Source: a virus. Taken from it: a stretch of 64,000 nt of DNA. Each line of letters begins with the position of its first letter. Position 1 is the stretch's first letter. Position numbers and translations under genes: made by a program. The DNA is taken from IMG/VR virus record IMGVR_UViG_3300020200_000009, positions 25,744 to 89,743 of that record; one strand, 5' to 3'. Below, in pieces: positions 10,309 to 21,443 of the stretch. The notes beneath the pieces were generated by a model, which was not told the DNA's origin, made no database searches, and saw only the letters and a program-made list of their open reading frames with translations.

Positions 10309-12195
10309 ATGGCAAAAACAGTACCTGGAAGTGGCGCAGAAATATTCCCAGTATTTAATAGTATTTCTGGGGTAAGAGAAGTATATGTCATTAATGGTGG
10401 TACAGGGTATAGTCCAACTAATCCACCTAGACTTCGTATCGAAAATTGTGGCACTCCAATTCGTGAGGCAGTTTTAAGACCAGTAATTCAAGGATCTTTA
10501 GGTGAAATTACTGCTGTTGAAATTTTAGATCCAGGAGAAGGTTATAACCCACTTCGATTGGTAATTACAGATGCAAATGCTTCAGTACAAGCTGCTGGTC
10601 GAATATTCCTTAAACCAGATGGAGGAATTGACTATATCCAAGTAACTAAATTTGGAGATGAATATTATAATGCAACTGCAGAAATCGTAGGAGGAGCTGG
10701 ATCTGGTAGTGAATTGATACCAATTACAGGATCGATAACAGGTCTTGCTATTGAAGAGTATGGTAGAAATTATACAGAGACTGATACTAACCTTGTTATT
10801 ACTGGAGGAGGAGGTGGCACGGGTGCTAGTGGTGTTGTATCTGTAAACAGATTTAGTGAAGTATCTGGTATTACATTAACAAACCAAGGTGAGTTTTTTG
10901 AAACTGCTCCCATCATACAATTAATTGGTGGTGGAGGGTCTGGTGCATCTGCACGTGCGAATATTAATTTAGGAAAAATTACTAGCATCAATCTTTTATC
11001 TAGTGGTAGTGGATATGTAAATACCCCTCAAGTTGTTTTTGCAAGAAATACTGATTTAGTTAAAACCACAAGAAATAGACGGTCATTAAATACTACAATT
11101 TATGATTTAACAGGACTTCTTAAAAATGTCACAATAGACGACGATGAAATTTTTGTAGAAACAACGGACCCATATGTGGGGTCTGGAAAAATTCTCTTAA
11201 ATAAAGAAATCATTAGATACACTGGAAAAACACCAATTTCCTTTACTGGATGTGATAGAGGAATTAACTTCCGTTTTGACCAAAAAATTATCCTTGATAG
11301 TTTGCAAAATGACCCAAATACAGGAATTTCAAATTATCAATTCCAAGTAACCGATAAGGTTAGACGTGCAGTTGAAAATGCTAATAATAGAAAGCCAATT
11401 GTATATGATTGGAATCCAGCAGAAAGAGCATTATATTTAACTTTTGAGGTTGATGCACTATCATTTATTGATGGTGGTAGGTCTAATGAGAAATCAAAAA
11501 TTATCGCATTTTCTGCTGGCATCGCTGCTGCATCTGGAACTGGAGTTGCTCCGCACACTTTAGTTGAAGCAGAGGGGCAAAATATTGTTGCATTTACTAA
11601 CCCAATATCATTTATTCTTAATAGAAAATTTGAAGATAATGATGAGCAATATACAGATTCCAACGGAAATTTAATTACTGGTGACGGTATTGCAGACTTA
11701 ATTAATGATAATACAGAATTTGACAATCAAATTAGTTTAGATGGTGGAATTGCATCATCTAAATATGGTATTGAGGAAAATCTAGGTGGCACTAATACTA
11801 CCCTTTTCCAAGTAGGAGACCAACTATACGATGGTAGTCCTAGTGGTGGACTACTTGCAACTGTGCAATCTGCTGGTCAATTAGGTGATGGTGACCCTCA
11901 TGTTTCATCCGCTGATATTGTAATAAAATACGATACAGTAACCTTATTCTCAGTACCAGGTAGTGGTGGTGAAGAAACAGTTACAGGAAGTACATCAGGC
12001 GTAAGTGCAACTACTGTTTCTAGACGAGTTGGCAGTAAACCAGGACAGTTTATTTTGACTGTAAAAAATATTACTAATAATAATCTTGTGTATAAATTTG
12101 CAGTTGGAGAAACACTTGAAGGGGTTACAAGTGGTGCTGAAGCAGAAATTATATCTGTTGCATACACTTCATTCGTCAGAAATGAGCCTGAATAA
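10309..12195 (+). CDS. Baseplate structural protein with 'I.L...GSGY...P.V...GGGGSGA' repeats
   Basis: 628-aa ORF between the gp9/10-like gene and gp8; repeat type typical of cyanomyophage wedge proteins. Confidence 0.65.
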   Translation: MAKTVPGSGAEIFPVFNSISGVREVYVINGGTGYSPTNPPRLRIENCGTPIREAVLRPVIQGSLGEITAVEILDPGEGYNPLRLVITDANASVQAAGRIFLKPDGGIDYIQVTKFGDEYYNATAEIVGGAGSGSELIPITGSITGLAIEEYGRNYTETDTNLVITGGGGGTGASGVVSVNRFSEVSGITLTNQGEFFETAPIIQLIGGGGSGASARANINLGKITSINLLSSGSGYVNTPQVVFARNTDLVKTTRNRRSLNTTIYDLTGLLKNVTIDDDEIFVETTDPYVGSGKILLNKEIIRYTGKTPISFTGCDRGINFRFDQKIILDSLQNDPNTGISNYQFQVTDKVRRAVENANNRKPIVYDWNPAERALYLTFEVDALSFIDGGRSNEKSKIIAFSAGIAAASGTGVAPHTLVEAEGQNIVAFTNPISFILNRKFEDNDEQYTDSNGNLITGDGIADLINDNTEFDNQISLDGGIASSKYGIEENLGGTNTTLFQVGDQLYDGSPSGGLLATVQSAGQLGDGDPHVSSADIVIKYDTVTLFSVPGSGGEETVTGSTSGVSATTVSRRVGSKPGQFILTVKNITNNNLVYKFAVGETLEGVTSGAEAEIISVAYTSFVRNEPE

Positions 12196-12199
12196 TTAT

Positions 12200-12207
12200 C
12201 ATAAATA
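12200..12207 (+). promoter_or_regulatory. T4-type late promoter (CATAAATA)
   Basis: NATAAATA in the short intergenic gap before gp8; the gp55 late sigma factor is encoded in this window. Confidence 0.7.
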
Positions 12208-12231
12208 AACTTATAAGCAAACTGGTATAAA

Positions 12232-13767
12232 ATGGCGTTACTTACTGATCAATTCAGAATTTTTACTGCCAATCGTCTTATCAAAGCATTGGAGGGTCCA
12301 GACCCTACTCAGCCTGATATTGATGCTGGCAGTGACCGTGACCGTCTTTATGTTTTCATTGGTCGTCCACAACCATGGGATAATGAAAATGCGGCACCAG
12401 ACCCGATTGATTCTCTGCAAGAATTCGGAGATACATTTTCTGATATGATTTCTTTGAAGAGAGTGCTTGCAAATGACACAATTCAAGTTATTCGTAGAAT
12501 TGATTGGATTCCACCTGAGCAAACAACTGGTGGACTAGGATACGTTTATGACATGTATCGTCATGATTATAGTGCAACAAAAACAGCATCATCTGGTGCA
12601 ACCAAACTTTATGATGCTGATTTCTATGTTGTAAACTCATCATATCAAGTATATAAGTGCATCTATAACGGCACGTCACCTTCAGACCCCAACGGTAAAC
12701 CATCCACTGTTGAGCCAACAGGGACATCTACATCTATTATCACAACTGCAGATGGATACCGTTGGAAGTATATGTATACAATTCCAGTTGGTATGGTGCT
12801 GAAATTTTTCTCAAATGAATACATGCCAGTGTTGCAAGACACCGCTGTAGTATCTGATGCTATTGGGGGTGAAATTGATACTGTTATTATTTCATCTTCA
12901 GGATCTGGATATAACAATGGCACCTACGAAAATGTGCCAATTAAAGGAGATGGTATTGGAGGAAGAGTCTCCTTAGTTGTAGATGGTGGTCGTCTCGTTT
13001 CTGCAACAGTTACTTCAGGTGGTAGTGGATATACTTTCGGAAAAGTAATTATTGATGAAGTAAATGGTATTGGAGCTGGCACTGGCACTGGCGGTAGTAT
13101 TGAGGTGATTATCTCCCCAACTGGAGGTCACGGGTATCAACCATCAACTGAGATGGGTGGATATAGAGTAATGATTAATACTAAGTTTACCTATGCTGAA
13201 GGAAGTGGTGACTTCCCAACAGATAATGACTATCGTCGTATTGGTCTTCTTATTAATCCATACAAGTATGGCACAAGTGAATTGGCTGCTGAAATTACCT
13301 TATCAGCAACTAAAGCAGTTATTTTCCCTCCAACATTCACTGGGCAATTTGTAACAGATGAAATTATTACACAATCACGCACTATCGGTGGACAGCAGGT
13401 AACTGCTAGGGGTCGAGTAATTTCTTGGAATACTAGCACAAAAGTGCTGAAGTATTATCAAAATAGAATTGATGGTATTTTCCCAGAATTTACTGGTAGT
13501 TTAATTGAATTTGAAGGAGGAAACCCAGTTGTAGGTAGCACCTCTGGTGCATCAGCTGACCCCGATATTAACTTCCCAATTGTATCTGGATCTTCAACTA
13601 GAGTTATTAACAATACGGAGTTTGACCTTGGTATGTCATTTACCAATGGTTATGCAAAACCAGAAGTTGAGCCCAATTCTGGGCAAATTATTTACATAGA
13701 TAATAGAGGTGCGATTACTCGTGCTGGTGACCAAATCGAAGACATCAAGATCGTAGTAGAGTTCTAA
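12232..13767 (+). CDS. gp8: Baseplate wedge subunit gp8
   Basis: YVFIGRPQPW, YDMYRHDYS, FYVVNSSYQVYKCIYNG, DGYRWKYMYTI and C-terminal IYIDNR.I.RA.DQIEDIKIVVEF are typical gp8 motifs. Confidence 0.92.
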   Translation: MALLTDQFRIFTANRLIKALEGPDPTQPDIDAGSDRDRLYVFIGRPQPWDNENAAPDPIDSLQEFGDTFSDMISLKRVLANDTIQVIRRIDWIPPEQTTGGLGYVYDMYRHDYSATKTASSGATKLYDADFYVVNSSYQVYKCIYNGTSPSDPNGKPSTVEPTGTSTSIITTADGYRWKYMYTIPVGMVLKFFSNEYMPVLQDTAVVSDAIGGEIDTVIISSSGSGYNNGTYENVPIKGDGIGGRVSLVVDGGRLVSATVTSGGSGYTFGKVIIDEVNGIGAGTGTGGSIEVIISPTGGHGYQPSTEMGGYRVMINTKFTYAEGSGDFPTDNDYRRIGLLINPYKYGTSELAAEITLSATKAVIFPPTFTGQFVTDEIITQSRTIGGQQVTARGRVISWNTSTKVLKYYQNRIDGIFPEFTGSLIEFEGGNPVVGSTSGASADPDINFPIVSGSSTRVINNTEFDLGMSFTNGYAKPEVEPNSGQIIYIDNRGAITRAGDQIEDIKIVVEF

Positions 13768-13768
13768 C

Positions 13769-16700
13769 ATGCCGCAGAATACTAACCTGAATATCGCTCC
13801 TTATTTTGACGACTTTGATAAGGACAAGAATTTCTACAGAGTCCTCTTTAGACCTGGATTTCCTATTCAGGCAAGAGAACTCACTACCATGCAATCGATT
13901 CTGCAGAATCAGATTGAATCGATTGGTCAACACTTCTTTAAAGAAGGGTCCATGGTCATCCCAGGACAAGTTGGTTATGACCTTAATGTGCAAGCTGTTA
14001 TTCTTCAGCAATCATTCCTTGGTGTTGATATTGAAACGTATCGAGAGCAATTGAATGGGCAAATTATTGAAGGTATTACTACGGGAGTTAAAGCAAAAGT
14101 ACTTTATTCAATCTCAGCAGAAGAATCGGATCGTGGTTATATCACATTATATGTAAAATACGTTGACTCGGGTGATACTGTATCAACAGAAAATTTTAAA
14201 ACATTCCAACCAAATGAGCAACTTCTTGCAGAAAAAGAAATCACATTTGGTGCAACCTTAATTGAAATCGGGTCTCCGTTTGCTCAACTTTTACCAGCAA
14301 ACGCCACTTCACTTGCATCATCAGCATATATTAATGCTGGTGTATATTTTATGAGAGGGCATTTTGTAGATGTCCAATCTGCATATTTGATTCTTGACCA
14401 ATATGGTAATAATCCATCATATAGAATTGGTCTTGAAATAAGCGAATCAATTGTCACTCCAGAGGATGACCCCGAGCTCAATGACAATGCAGCAGGGTCG
14501 TCAAACTATGCAGCACCAGGTGGACATAGATTCAGAATTAAAACATCTCTTACTAAGAAAGTAATTTCAGATGAAACTGATAAAAATTTCATTGAATTAC
14601 TTCGTATTAATAATAGTAAGGTTGAGCAATTTGTTAATGCAACTGCATACTCTGAGTTAGAAAAGAGTCTTGCACGTCGCACGTATGAAGAATCTGGTGA
14701 TTATGTAATTGAATCAATTACAGCTAAAGCACGAGAGCAACTTGATGATGGATTTAATAATGGTGTGTATCGCCCTGGAGAATTGTCAGCACAGAAAAAT
14801 CTAGCGTCTGATGATTTTGTTACATTTGAAGTATCTCCTGGAAGAGCATACGTTAAAGGATATCGAACTGAGTTTTTAGTGCCTCAGTATGTAGATTGCC
14901 CAAAACCAAGAGATTATGAAAGTGTGCAAAATAGCATTCTTTCATTCAGAGTAGGTAACTTCGTTAAGGTATATGATGTATATGGTTGGCCAGATTTAAC
15001 TGGAGAAGGAGTCACGAAAGCATACCAAGTGCTTGAATTATATGATAATTGGACTATTGGCACCACCAATACGGTTGTAGGCACAATGATTGGGCGTACA
15101 CGCACCATTCAAATGCAACTAGATTCTGGTGAGGTATATGATATGTGGATTTTCGATCCACAAATGTTTACTGCTATTAATTTTGCAGCAGGAAATCAGG
15201 CGGTAATAGTTGGAGATGTATTAGTAGGAAGGACAAGTGGTGCTAGAGGATTTGTTGCTCAAGCCCCTGGCGGTACATCATGTATGCTTGAGCAAGTTTC
15301 GGGAGTATTTTTAAATGGAGAAGTGCTTCTGAGAGATAACAGAGTAGTTGGCACTATGACCGCTGCACATACTTACAATCTTACTGATGTTAGAACTTGC
15401 CGTGGTAGAAATAATAACAATGCAATTATTTTTGGAGCAAACTGGCAATTAAATGACCAGCAAGAAATTGAATCATCCACAGTAACAATTGACCAGACTG
15501 GCGGCACTATTACTGGATTCCGTACAAAATTTGCTAATGATTTAAGACCTGGTGATGTAATTACTCCTACTAATACTACTCCAACAGGTAATAATACTCT
15601 TAGAATTACAAGAGTAAACCCAACACAAATTTCCGTGAGCAGTGGAAATGCGTATACTGGGGCACCAGTATCATCACACATTTTTAATTATCTAACTCAA
15701 GTAGCGAAGATTGATTCTGCGCTTAAAAAAGGCACGGTGGCTAGTGGAGAATTTGCATCTCTTACTAGATTAAGACCATTTATCTTCCAAAAAGATTATC
15801 AAGATGGTGAGATGTCTGTTGACTGCGCTCGCGTATCTATGAGGTCTATTACTGATGAATCCTTCTTTGTATATCGCACGTTTACTAATAAGACAGTAGT
15901 TGCTGGTGGCATCACAGTATCTCTGCCAGAATCTGAGCAATTTGCATCGTTAGATAATGAAAACTATGTTTTAACTATCTTGGCACAAAACGGATCTGCA
16001 TATCCTGTCGGAAAAAATCTTGATATTGATGCACTTAATGATGATGGCACTCTTACTGTTACATTTGGTGCAGATAGACAGTCAATTACAATTTCTGGAT
16101 TGACTAATGTGCAAACAGTTAAATTGACTGCACTGATATCAAAAAATATTGTTACTAGAAAAATCAAAACTGCATCAAAGATGCGTGCTATGAAAGTTAT
16201 ACGCACGCAGAATAATAATGATGTGCAGAAATTTGGACTAGCATATGGTAATTTATACGGCACTCGTATTGAAGACAATGAAATATCATTTGCGTTAAAT
16301 GATGTTTATAAGATTCATGCAGTATACGAATCAGAAGATGATTCTGATGCTAGTCCTCCATACATTGTGTTGCAGAATCCAACATTCTTTGATAATGGTA
16401 GTGTAGTTATTGGTAAAACATCTGGTGCACGTGGTAGAGTTATTCAATTTATCAACAGCACATTAAGATTATATTTTATCTCTCTTAACAATATTCCATT
16501 TATAGCAGGTGAGCAAATTGATGGAGTTGATGATGATAATATCCAATTAGTAGGATTTGTAGATGATGCTGAGGGATCTATTTTCAAAGGTAGTAAAGTA
16601 ATTACTACTCAATTTGAATTGGATTCGGGACAGAAACCACATTTCTATGATGTGTCTCGCATGATTCGTTTGCCAGGTTTTTCGGCACCGATTCGTAAAG

Positions 16701-19700
16701 TAATGGTTATCTTTGATTACTTCTTACACGAATCATCTGGTGATTACTTCTCAGCGCAATCATATACAGGTATTGGATTTAAAGATATTCCAAAATATAA
16801 ATTAGATGGGTCCATCAACTGGATTAGAGACCAAGTTGACTTCCGTCCTGGTGTTGGAGAATTGGCATCTGGCACTGGATCTATCACTGCACCATTCTTT
16901 GTAAATTGTGCATCATTGGATTTTGGTGCTCGTCAGTTTGATACTTCAGGTGGAGCTGGTGGGTCTACAATCTTTGATGTGCCTAAAGTAAATACTGAAA
17001 TTAGATTTGACTATACTTATTATATTCCAAGAGCATCAAAACTTTTCTTAACTCATGACAATCAATTAAAGATTGTAAATGGTGCATCTCACCCAGAACT
17101 GCCACCCCCAGATAATATTCAGAATGCTATGTTACTCGCATCTATTGAAATGCGAGCATATGTATATGATGTAGAAAGAGATGTAATCATCAGACCAGAA
17201 ATCATTCGTCGTTATACGATGAAAGACCTTGGGGATATAGAAACTCGTCTACGTAATGTTGAATATTATACTGCACTTTCTTTACTTGAATCTCAAGCAG
17301 AAAATACAAAAACATATGATGACAATGGGTTTGACCGTTTAAAGAATGGTTATGTTGTGGACGATTTCACAGACCATAGCATTGGAGATGTGTTTAACGT
17401 AGATTATAAATGCTCTCTGGATTTCAAAGAAGGTTTCCTTAGACCTTCTCACTATACAACAAATGTGCCATTACAATTGAATTTAGATGCATCTACAGAT
17501 GTTGTAAAAACTGTAGGGAATATGGTCCTTCTTCCATATGAAGATTTGGCTATTATAACTCAACCATATGCATCTCGTACTGAAAATGTTAATCCATTCA
17601 ACGTGTTTGCATTTATTGGTAGAGTTGACCTTTCCCCTGCTTCAGATGATTGGGTGGATATCGATCGTCTACCTGCTCGTATAGAAAACGTAGAAGGTGA
17701 TTTTTCTGCTGTTTCTAGAGATTTACAAGTTGACCAAAACGGATTCGCTCCTATTCAATGGGGGTCGTGGGAGACTAACTGGACTGGAGAATCTTTAGTT
17801 TCAACTAGTCAGTTCACGGGCGACGGTAGTTTTGCACAAGGTGGTCGTCGTCTCGGTCGTTTAGGACACGGACAAGGACAGCAACCAATCTTCGTGCATG
17901 AAAGACGCACATGGAGGGTAGTAAATAACCAAGCACGTCAGGGTGTAAGGACAAGAGTAACCCCAAGAGTTGACCAAAAATCATTGGGCGATACTATCCT
18001 TTCGCAATCTGTAATTCCTTGGGTGCGCTCTAGAAATGTTGGTTTTAACATTGAGAGAGCTAAGCCTCGCACAAGAATGTATCTATTCTTTGATGGAGTA
18101 AACATTACAAATTATGTAACACCAAAAATTATTGAGTTGACAAAGAGTAGCACTCAAGATACAAACACAAATGAAACTCCATTCGTGGTTGGCGAAACTG
18201 TAATAGGACAAACCTCAGGTTGTCGTCTTCGTGTTGCTCCTGCAAATGATGGTTATAAAACTGACCCATATGGTGTCGGCACCGCTCAACTTGCAGAATC
18301 CTATGCATCACAAACCAATTATTTAAATATTGACATTACAGCAATGGCAGAAAGTGTTAATCCAAATTTCTATGGAAATGTATTAACAGGTGAAGTATTA
18401 GTTGGACAAACATCAGGTGCTAGAGCAATTGTTAGAGACCGTCGTATTCTCTGTGATAATATTGGGCAAACAATCGGAACATTCTTTATTCCGTCTCCAA
18501 AAATTGATTCAAATCCACGTTGGGCAACTGGCACCAGAACTGTAAGATTTACAACATCACCAACAAATGATAAAACGCCTGGCACGGTAGATTCTTCTGC
18601 AGAGACTACATATACTGCCTCAGGTCAATTAAGAGTTATACGTGAAAATATTCTTGCAGTACGTAATGCAGAACTTGTTAGAGATACTGTATCGGATGAA
18701 AGAACTGTTATCACTACTAGGACAGATGAGAGACAAATTGGATGGATTGACCCGTTAGCACAATCCTTTATTGTAGATGAGCAAGGCGGAGTATTCTTAA
18801 CAGGTGTTGATGTATTCTTTAGAACTAAAGATGATACTATTCCAATCTCCATGCAAATTCGAACCATGGAAAATGGATATCCGACTAAAGATATTCTTCC
18901 GTTCTCTGATACTACGCTAAGTCCAATAGAAGTTGAATTGTCAGAAAACGCTGCAATTCCAACTAGATTTACATTTAGGTCTCCAGTATACATTAAGTCA
19001 TCGATAGAATATTGCTTTGTGCTCTTATCAGACTCAAACTCATATAATGTTTGGATTTCTAGAATGGGTGATATTGATGTATCAGGCACCAGAACTATTT
19101 CCGAACAACCATATGCAGGTGTGCTATTTAAATCGCAAAACGCATCAACGTGGACAGCAGACCAATATGAAGATTTGAAATTTACAGTTTATCGTGCTGA
19201 CTTTGTATCAAATATTGGTACTGCAATATTTAATAATGCAGAATTAGGTAAAGGAAATTATGGTATTCATAACTTAATTGAAAATCCTATTGAAACTCTT
19301 AAACCAAACCAGCAATTGGTATTAGCAACTGACCAGAATTACAACTTCACAGTTGGAGCCAGAATTGTACAGGAACCCTCAGGTGCATCTGCTACGGTTA
19401 AAGAGTTTGATTCAGTTTCAAATCCAGAAGTATTAAAAATTACTGATATATCTGGTATTTTCTCTGCTGGATTCTTAGATGCTAATGGTAATGCATTCCA
19501 AGGATTGTCATCTTCACAATCAGTAGCAACTATTGTTTTGTCAGCCGTTTATAACGGCACATTCGTAGTTGGTGATATAGTCACTGGCAGCACATCTAAT
19601 GCTGATGGTGTTGTTACATCTTATGCTGCTAATACTCTAACCCTTAACTATGTTGGTAAGAGCTTTAGCACTTCAGATACTTTGACAGCACCAAGTGGTG

Positions 19701-21088
19701 TAAGTGCAACTATTACATCCATTAATTATAGTGGAGATTCTCGTAATGCATATCCAACTGCAGCACCTTCTTATCCTTCTGATGATAAGGAAGTATTAGT
19801 GCGTCATAGAAATCATGGTATGCACCAACGAACAAATAATGTATTGATTGAAGGTGTAGTTTCTGAAGTGCCACCAACAACCCTAACAACAACTTTAACC
19901 GTAGGATCATCAACGATTCAAATTCAAGATGCATCTCAATTCCACAGAATTATTGGTGGAGCAACTATAGGTAACCTAAATCCTGGTTATATTAAAATCA
20001 ATAATGAGTTGATTCAATATGCTGGAATTTCAGATAACGGTCAAACAATTACTGTTGCAACTGGCGGCAGAGGAGCAAGCGGCACTGCTGATGTTGAGCA
20101 CCCATCTGGTAGCGTAGTTGAATGTTACAATCTTGATGGAATTCCCCTGGTTGATATTAATAAACTTCACCAAAAACTTGAGTGTCCATGGATGGATACA
20201 TATATGTTAGCCACTAATCACGTAGCAACTAATGGAATTCGTGCAGGTGGCACTAATGCTTATGGCACACAAAACGTGCAGTTTGAGGTATTGACTCCAA
20301 CAGTATCTACTATGGTATTGCCACAGACACAAATTGTAGCTCGTGTAAATACGACAACTGCAACTTCAGTTGGAGATGGTGGAGGAGAAGGTGGGTCTTC
20401 TCCAATTGACCAAGCGTCATTTATTAATAATGGAAACTTTACAGATGTTGTATTGAATAACAAAAACATTTTCTCATCTCCTCAAATGATTGCTTCTAAG
20501 GTCAATGAAGATAATGAATTAGACGGAAATAAATCCTTTACGATGGCTGTTGAATTGACAACAGAAAAGCCTACTCTTTCTCCATGTATTGACCTTGACC
20601 GCACTTCATTAATCTGCACAACCAATAGAATTAATATGTGGCCAGGTGGACCTAATGTTTATGGTCAACAGAATCAGATTGATAGAACTCAAGATGTTTC
20701 TACCTTCCCAATTGGTGACCAGAATGACGCTGTGTATATTACAAGACTTGCACGTTTAGCTAAAGAAGCTCGCTCGCTGAAGGTTGATTTCCAAATCGCT
20801 CGTCATCCTACTACTGAAGTTAAAATTTACTATAGAGCATTTAATACTGGCGACGCAGCAGACTATAATACTCTTGGTTGGACAATTATGCCTCTACCAA
20901 CAAGTAATATTAATGCAGCAGAAGCATATGATACTTCACCTACAGACCAATTCTTGTGGAAAGATTATTCATATGAAGTAAGAGGTCTAAGTTTTAACGC
21001 ATTCCAAGTTAAAATTGTTATGAGATCTAAGAGTCAAGCTAATGTGCCACTCATTGCAGATTTACGTGCTATTGCACTTGCTACATAA
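13769..21088 (+). CDS. Large virion structural protein, VrlC-like / DUF4815 family
   Basis: N-terminal PYFDDFD..KNFYRVLFRPGFPIQARELTTMQSILQNQ, LARRTYEESGDY, DPLAQSF, GVLFKSQNASTWTADQYEDLKF and terminal DLRAIALA; directly follows gp8. Confidence 0.85.
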   Translation: MPQNTNLNIAPYFDDFDKDKNFYRVLFRPGFPIQARELTTMQSILQNQIESIGQHFFKEGSMVIPGQVGYDLNVQAVILQQSFLGVDIETYREQLNGQIIEGITTGVKAKVLYSISAEESDRGYITLYVKYVDSGDTVSTENFKTFQPNEQLLAEKEITFGATLIEIGSPFAQLLPANATSLASSAYINAGVYFMRGHFVDVQSAYLILDQYGNNPSYRIGLEISESIVTPEDDPELNDNAAGSSNYAAPGGHRFRIKTSLTKKVISDETDKNFIELLRINNSKVEQFVNATAYSELEKSLARRTYEESGDYVIESITAKAREQLDDGFNNGVYRPGELSAQKNLASDDFVTFEVSPGRAYVKGYRTEFLVPQYVDCPKPRDYESVQNSILSFRVGNFVKVYDVYGWPDLTGEGVTKAYQVLELYDNWTIGTTNTVVGTMIGRTRTIQMQLDSGEVYDMWIFDPQMFTAINFAAGNQAVIVGDVLVGRTSGARGFVAQAPGGTSCMLEQVSGVFLNGEVLLRDNRVVGTMTAAHTYNLTDVRTCRGRNNNNAIIFGANWQLNDQQEIESSTVTIDQTGGTITGFRTKFANDLRPGDVITPTNTTPTGNNTLRITRVNPTQISVSSGNAYTGAPVSSHIFNYLTQVAKIDSALKKGTVASGEFASLTRLRPFIFQKDYQDGEMSVDCARVSMRSITDESFFVYRTFTNKTVVAGGITVSLPESEQFASLDNENYVLTILAQNGSAYPVGKNLDIDALNDDGTLTVTFGADRQSITISGLTNVQTVKLTALISKNIVTRKIKTASKMRAMKVIRTQNNNDVQKFGLAYGNLYGTRIEDNEISFALNDVYKIHAVYESEDDSDASPPYIVLQNPTFFDNGSVVIGKTSGARGRVIQFINSTLRLYFISLNNIPFIAGEQIDGVDDDNIQLVGFVDDAEGSIFKGSKVITTQFELDSGQKPHFYDVSRMIRLPGFSAPIRKVMVIFDYFLHESSGDYFSAQSYTGIGFKDIPKYKLDGSINWIRDQVDFRPGVGELASGTGSITAPFFVNCASLDFGARQFDTSGGAGGSTIFDVPKVNTEIRFDYTYYIPRASKLFLTHDNQLKIVNGASHPELPPPDNIQNAMLLASIEMRAYVYDVERDVIIRPEIIRRYTMKDLGDIETRLRNVEYYTALSLLESQAENTKTYDDNGFDRLKNGYVVDDFTDHSIGDVFNVDYKCSLDFKEGFLRPSHYTTNVPLQLNLDASTDVVKTVGNMVLLPYEDLAIITQPYASRTENVNPFNVFAFIGRVDLSPASDDWVDIDRLPARIENVEGDFSAVSRDLQVDQNGFAPIQWGSWETNWTGESLVSTSQFTGDGSFAQGGRRLGRLGHGQGQQPIFVHERRTWRVVNNQARQGVRTRVTPRVDQKSLGDTILSQSVIPWVRSRNVGFNIERAKPRTRMYLFFDGVNITNYVTPKIIELTKSSTQDTNTNETPFVVGETVIGQTSGCRLRVAPANDGYKTDPYGVGTAQLAESYASQTNYLNIDITAMAESVNPNFYGNVLTGEVLVGQTSGARAIVRDRRILCDNIGQTIGTFFIPSPKIDSNPRWATGTRTVRFTTSPTNDKTPGTVDSSAETTYTASGQLRVIRENILAVRNAELVRDTVSDERTVITTRTDERQIGWIDPLAQSFIVDEQGGVFLTGVDVFFRTKDDTIPISMQIRTMENGYPTKDILPFSDTTLSPIEVELSENAAIPTRFTFRSPVYIKSSIEYCFVLLSDSNSYNVWISRMGDIDVSGTRTISEQPYAGVLFKSQNASTWTADQYEDLKFTVYRADFVSNIGTAIFNNAELGKGNYGIHNLIENPIETLKPNQQLVLATDQNYNFTVGARIVQEPSGASATVKEFDSVSNPEVLKITDISGIFSAGFLDANGNAFQGLSSSQSVATIVLSAVYNGTFVVGDIVTGSTSNADGVVTSYAANTLTLNYVGKSFSTSDTLTAPSGVSATITSINYSGDSRNAYPTAAPSYPSDDKEVLVRHRNHGMHQRTNNVLIEGVVSEVPPTTLTTTLTVGSSTIQIQDASQFHRIIGGATIGNLNPGYIKINNELIQYAGISDNGQTITVATGGRGASGTADVEHPSGSVVECYNLDGIPLVDINKLHQKLECPWMDTYMLATNHVATNGIRAGGTNAYGTQNVQFEVLTPTVSTMVLPQTQIVARVNTTTATSVGDGGGEGGSSPIDQASFINNGNFTDVVLNNKNIFSSPQMIASKVNEDNELDGNKSFTMAVELTTEKPTLSPCIDLDRTSLICTTNRINMWPGGPNVYGQQNQIDRTQDVSTFPIGDQNDAVYITRLARLAKEARSLKVDFQIARHPTTEVKIYYRAFNTGDAADYNTLGWTIMPLPTSNINAAEAYDTSPTDQFLWKDYSYEVRGLSFNAFQVKIVMRSKSQANVPLIADLRAIALAT

Positions 21089-21112
21089 TATAGGTACTAG
21101 AGAGTCTCTTTG

Positions 21113-21158
21113 CAACCCTTACAAGGTTGATTATAATTATTTTTAGATACTATGTCAA
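21113..21158 (-). promoter_or_regulatory. Perfect sigma70-type promoter on the minus strand followed by CAACC-N7-GGTTG palindrome (copy 1)
   Basis: Minus strand reads TTGACA(21158-21153)-tagtatctaaaaataat(17 nt)-TATAAT(21135-21130)-CAACCttgtaagGGTTG(21129-21113). Confidence 0.85.
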
Positions 21159-21442
21159 GTCCTTTTTATTCGCAACCACCTCAACATCCATCAACCGATA
21201 AGATTAATATTTTCAAACCAAATCTTATACCTGTTGAAGGTAGAGAGGGTTGGTTTCGAGACCCAGATACAAATGCAATTGTAAATTGTAATGATACTGA
21301 GTATGATAATTACATGGCATCATATGAGCGCCGTCAAAAGAAAGATTCTAAATTAGAGTCTTTACAAGATGATGTTAATACGCTAAAATCAGATCTCGGT
21401 GAAATCAAAGACCTACTCAAATTATTAACTAAAGGAGAATAA
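21152..21442 (+). CDS. Conserved cyanophage hypothetical protein with C-terminal coiled coil
   Basis: VEG...FRDP.T.AIVN....Y..Y motif plus heptad C-terminus; true start may lie further downstream. Confidence 0.7.
   Translation: MSSPFYSQPPQHPSTDKINIFKPNLIPVEGREGWFRDPDTNAIVNCNDTEYDNYMASYERRQKKDSKLESLQDDVNTLKSDLGEIKDLLKLLTKGE
21361..21389 (+). promoter_or_regulatory. Putative sigma70-type promoter for the 72-aa gene
   Basis: TTTACA-17 nt-TAAAAT inside the 3' end of the preceding ORF. Confidence 0.45.
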
Positions 21443-21443
21443 A

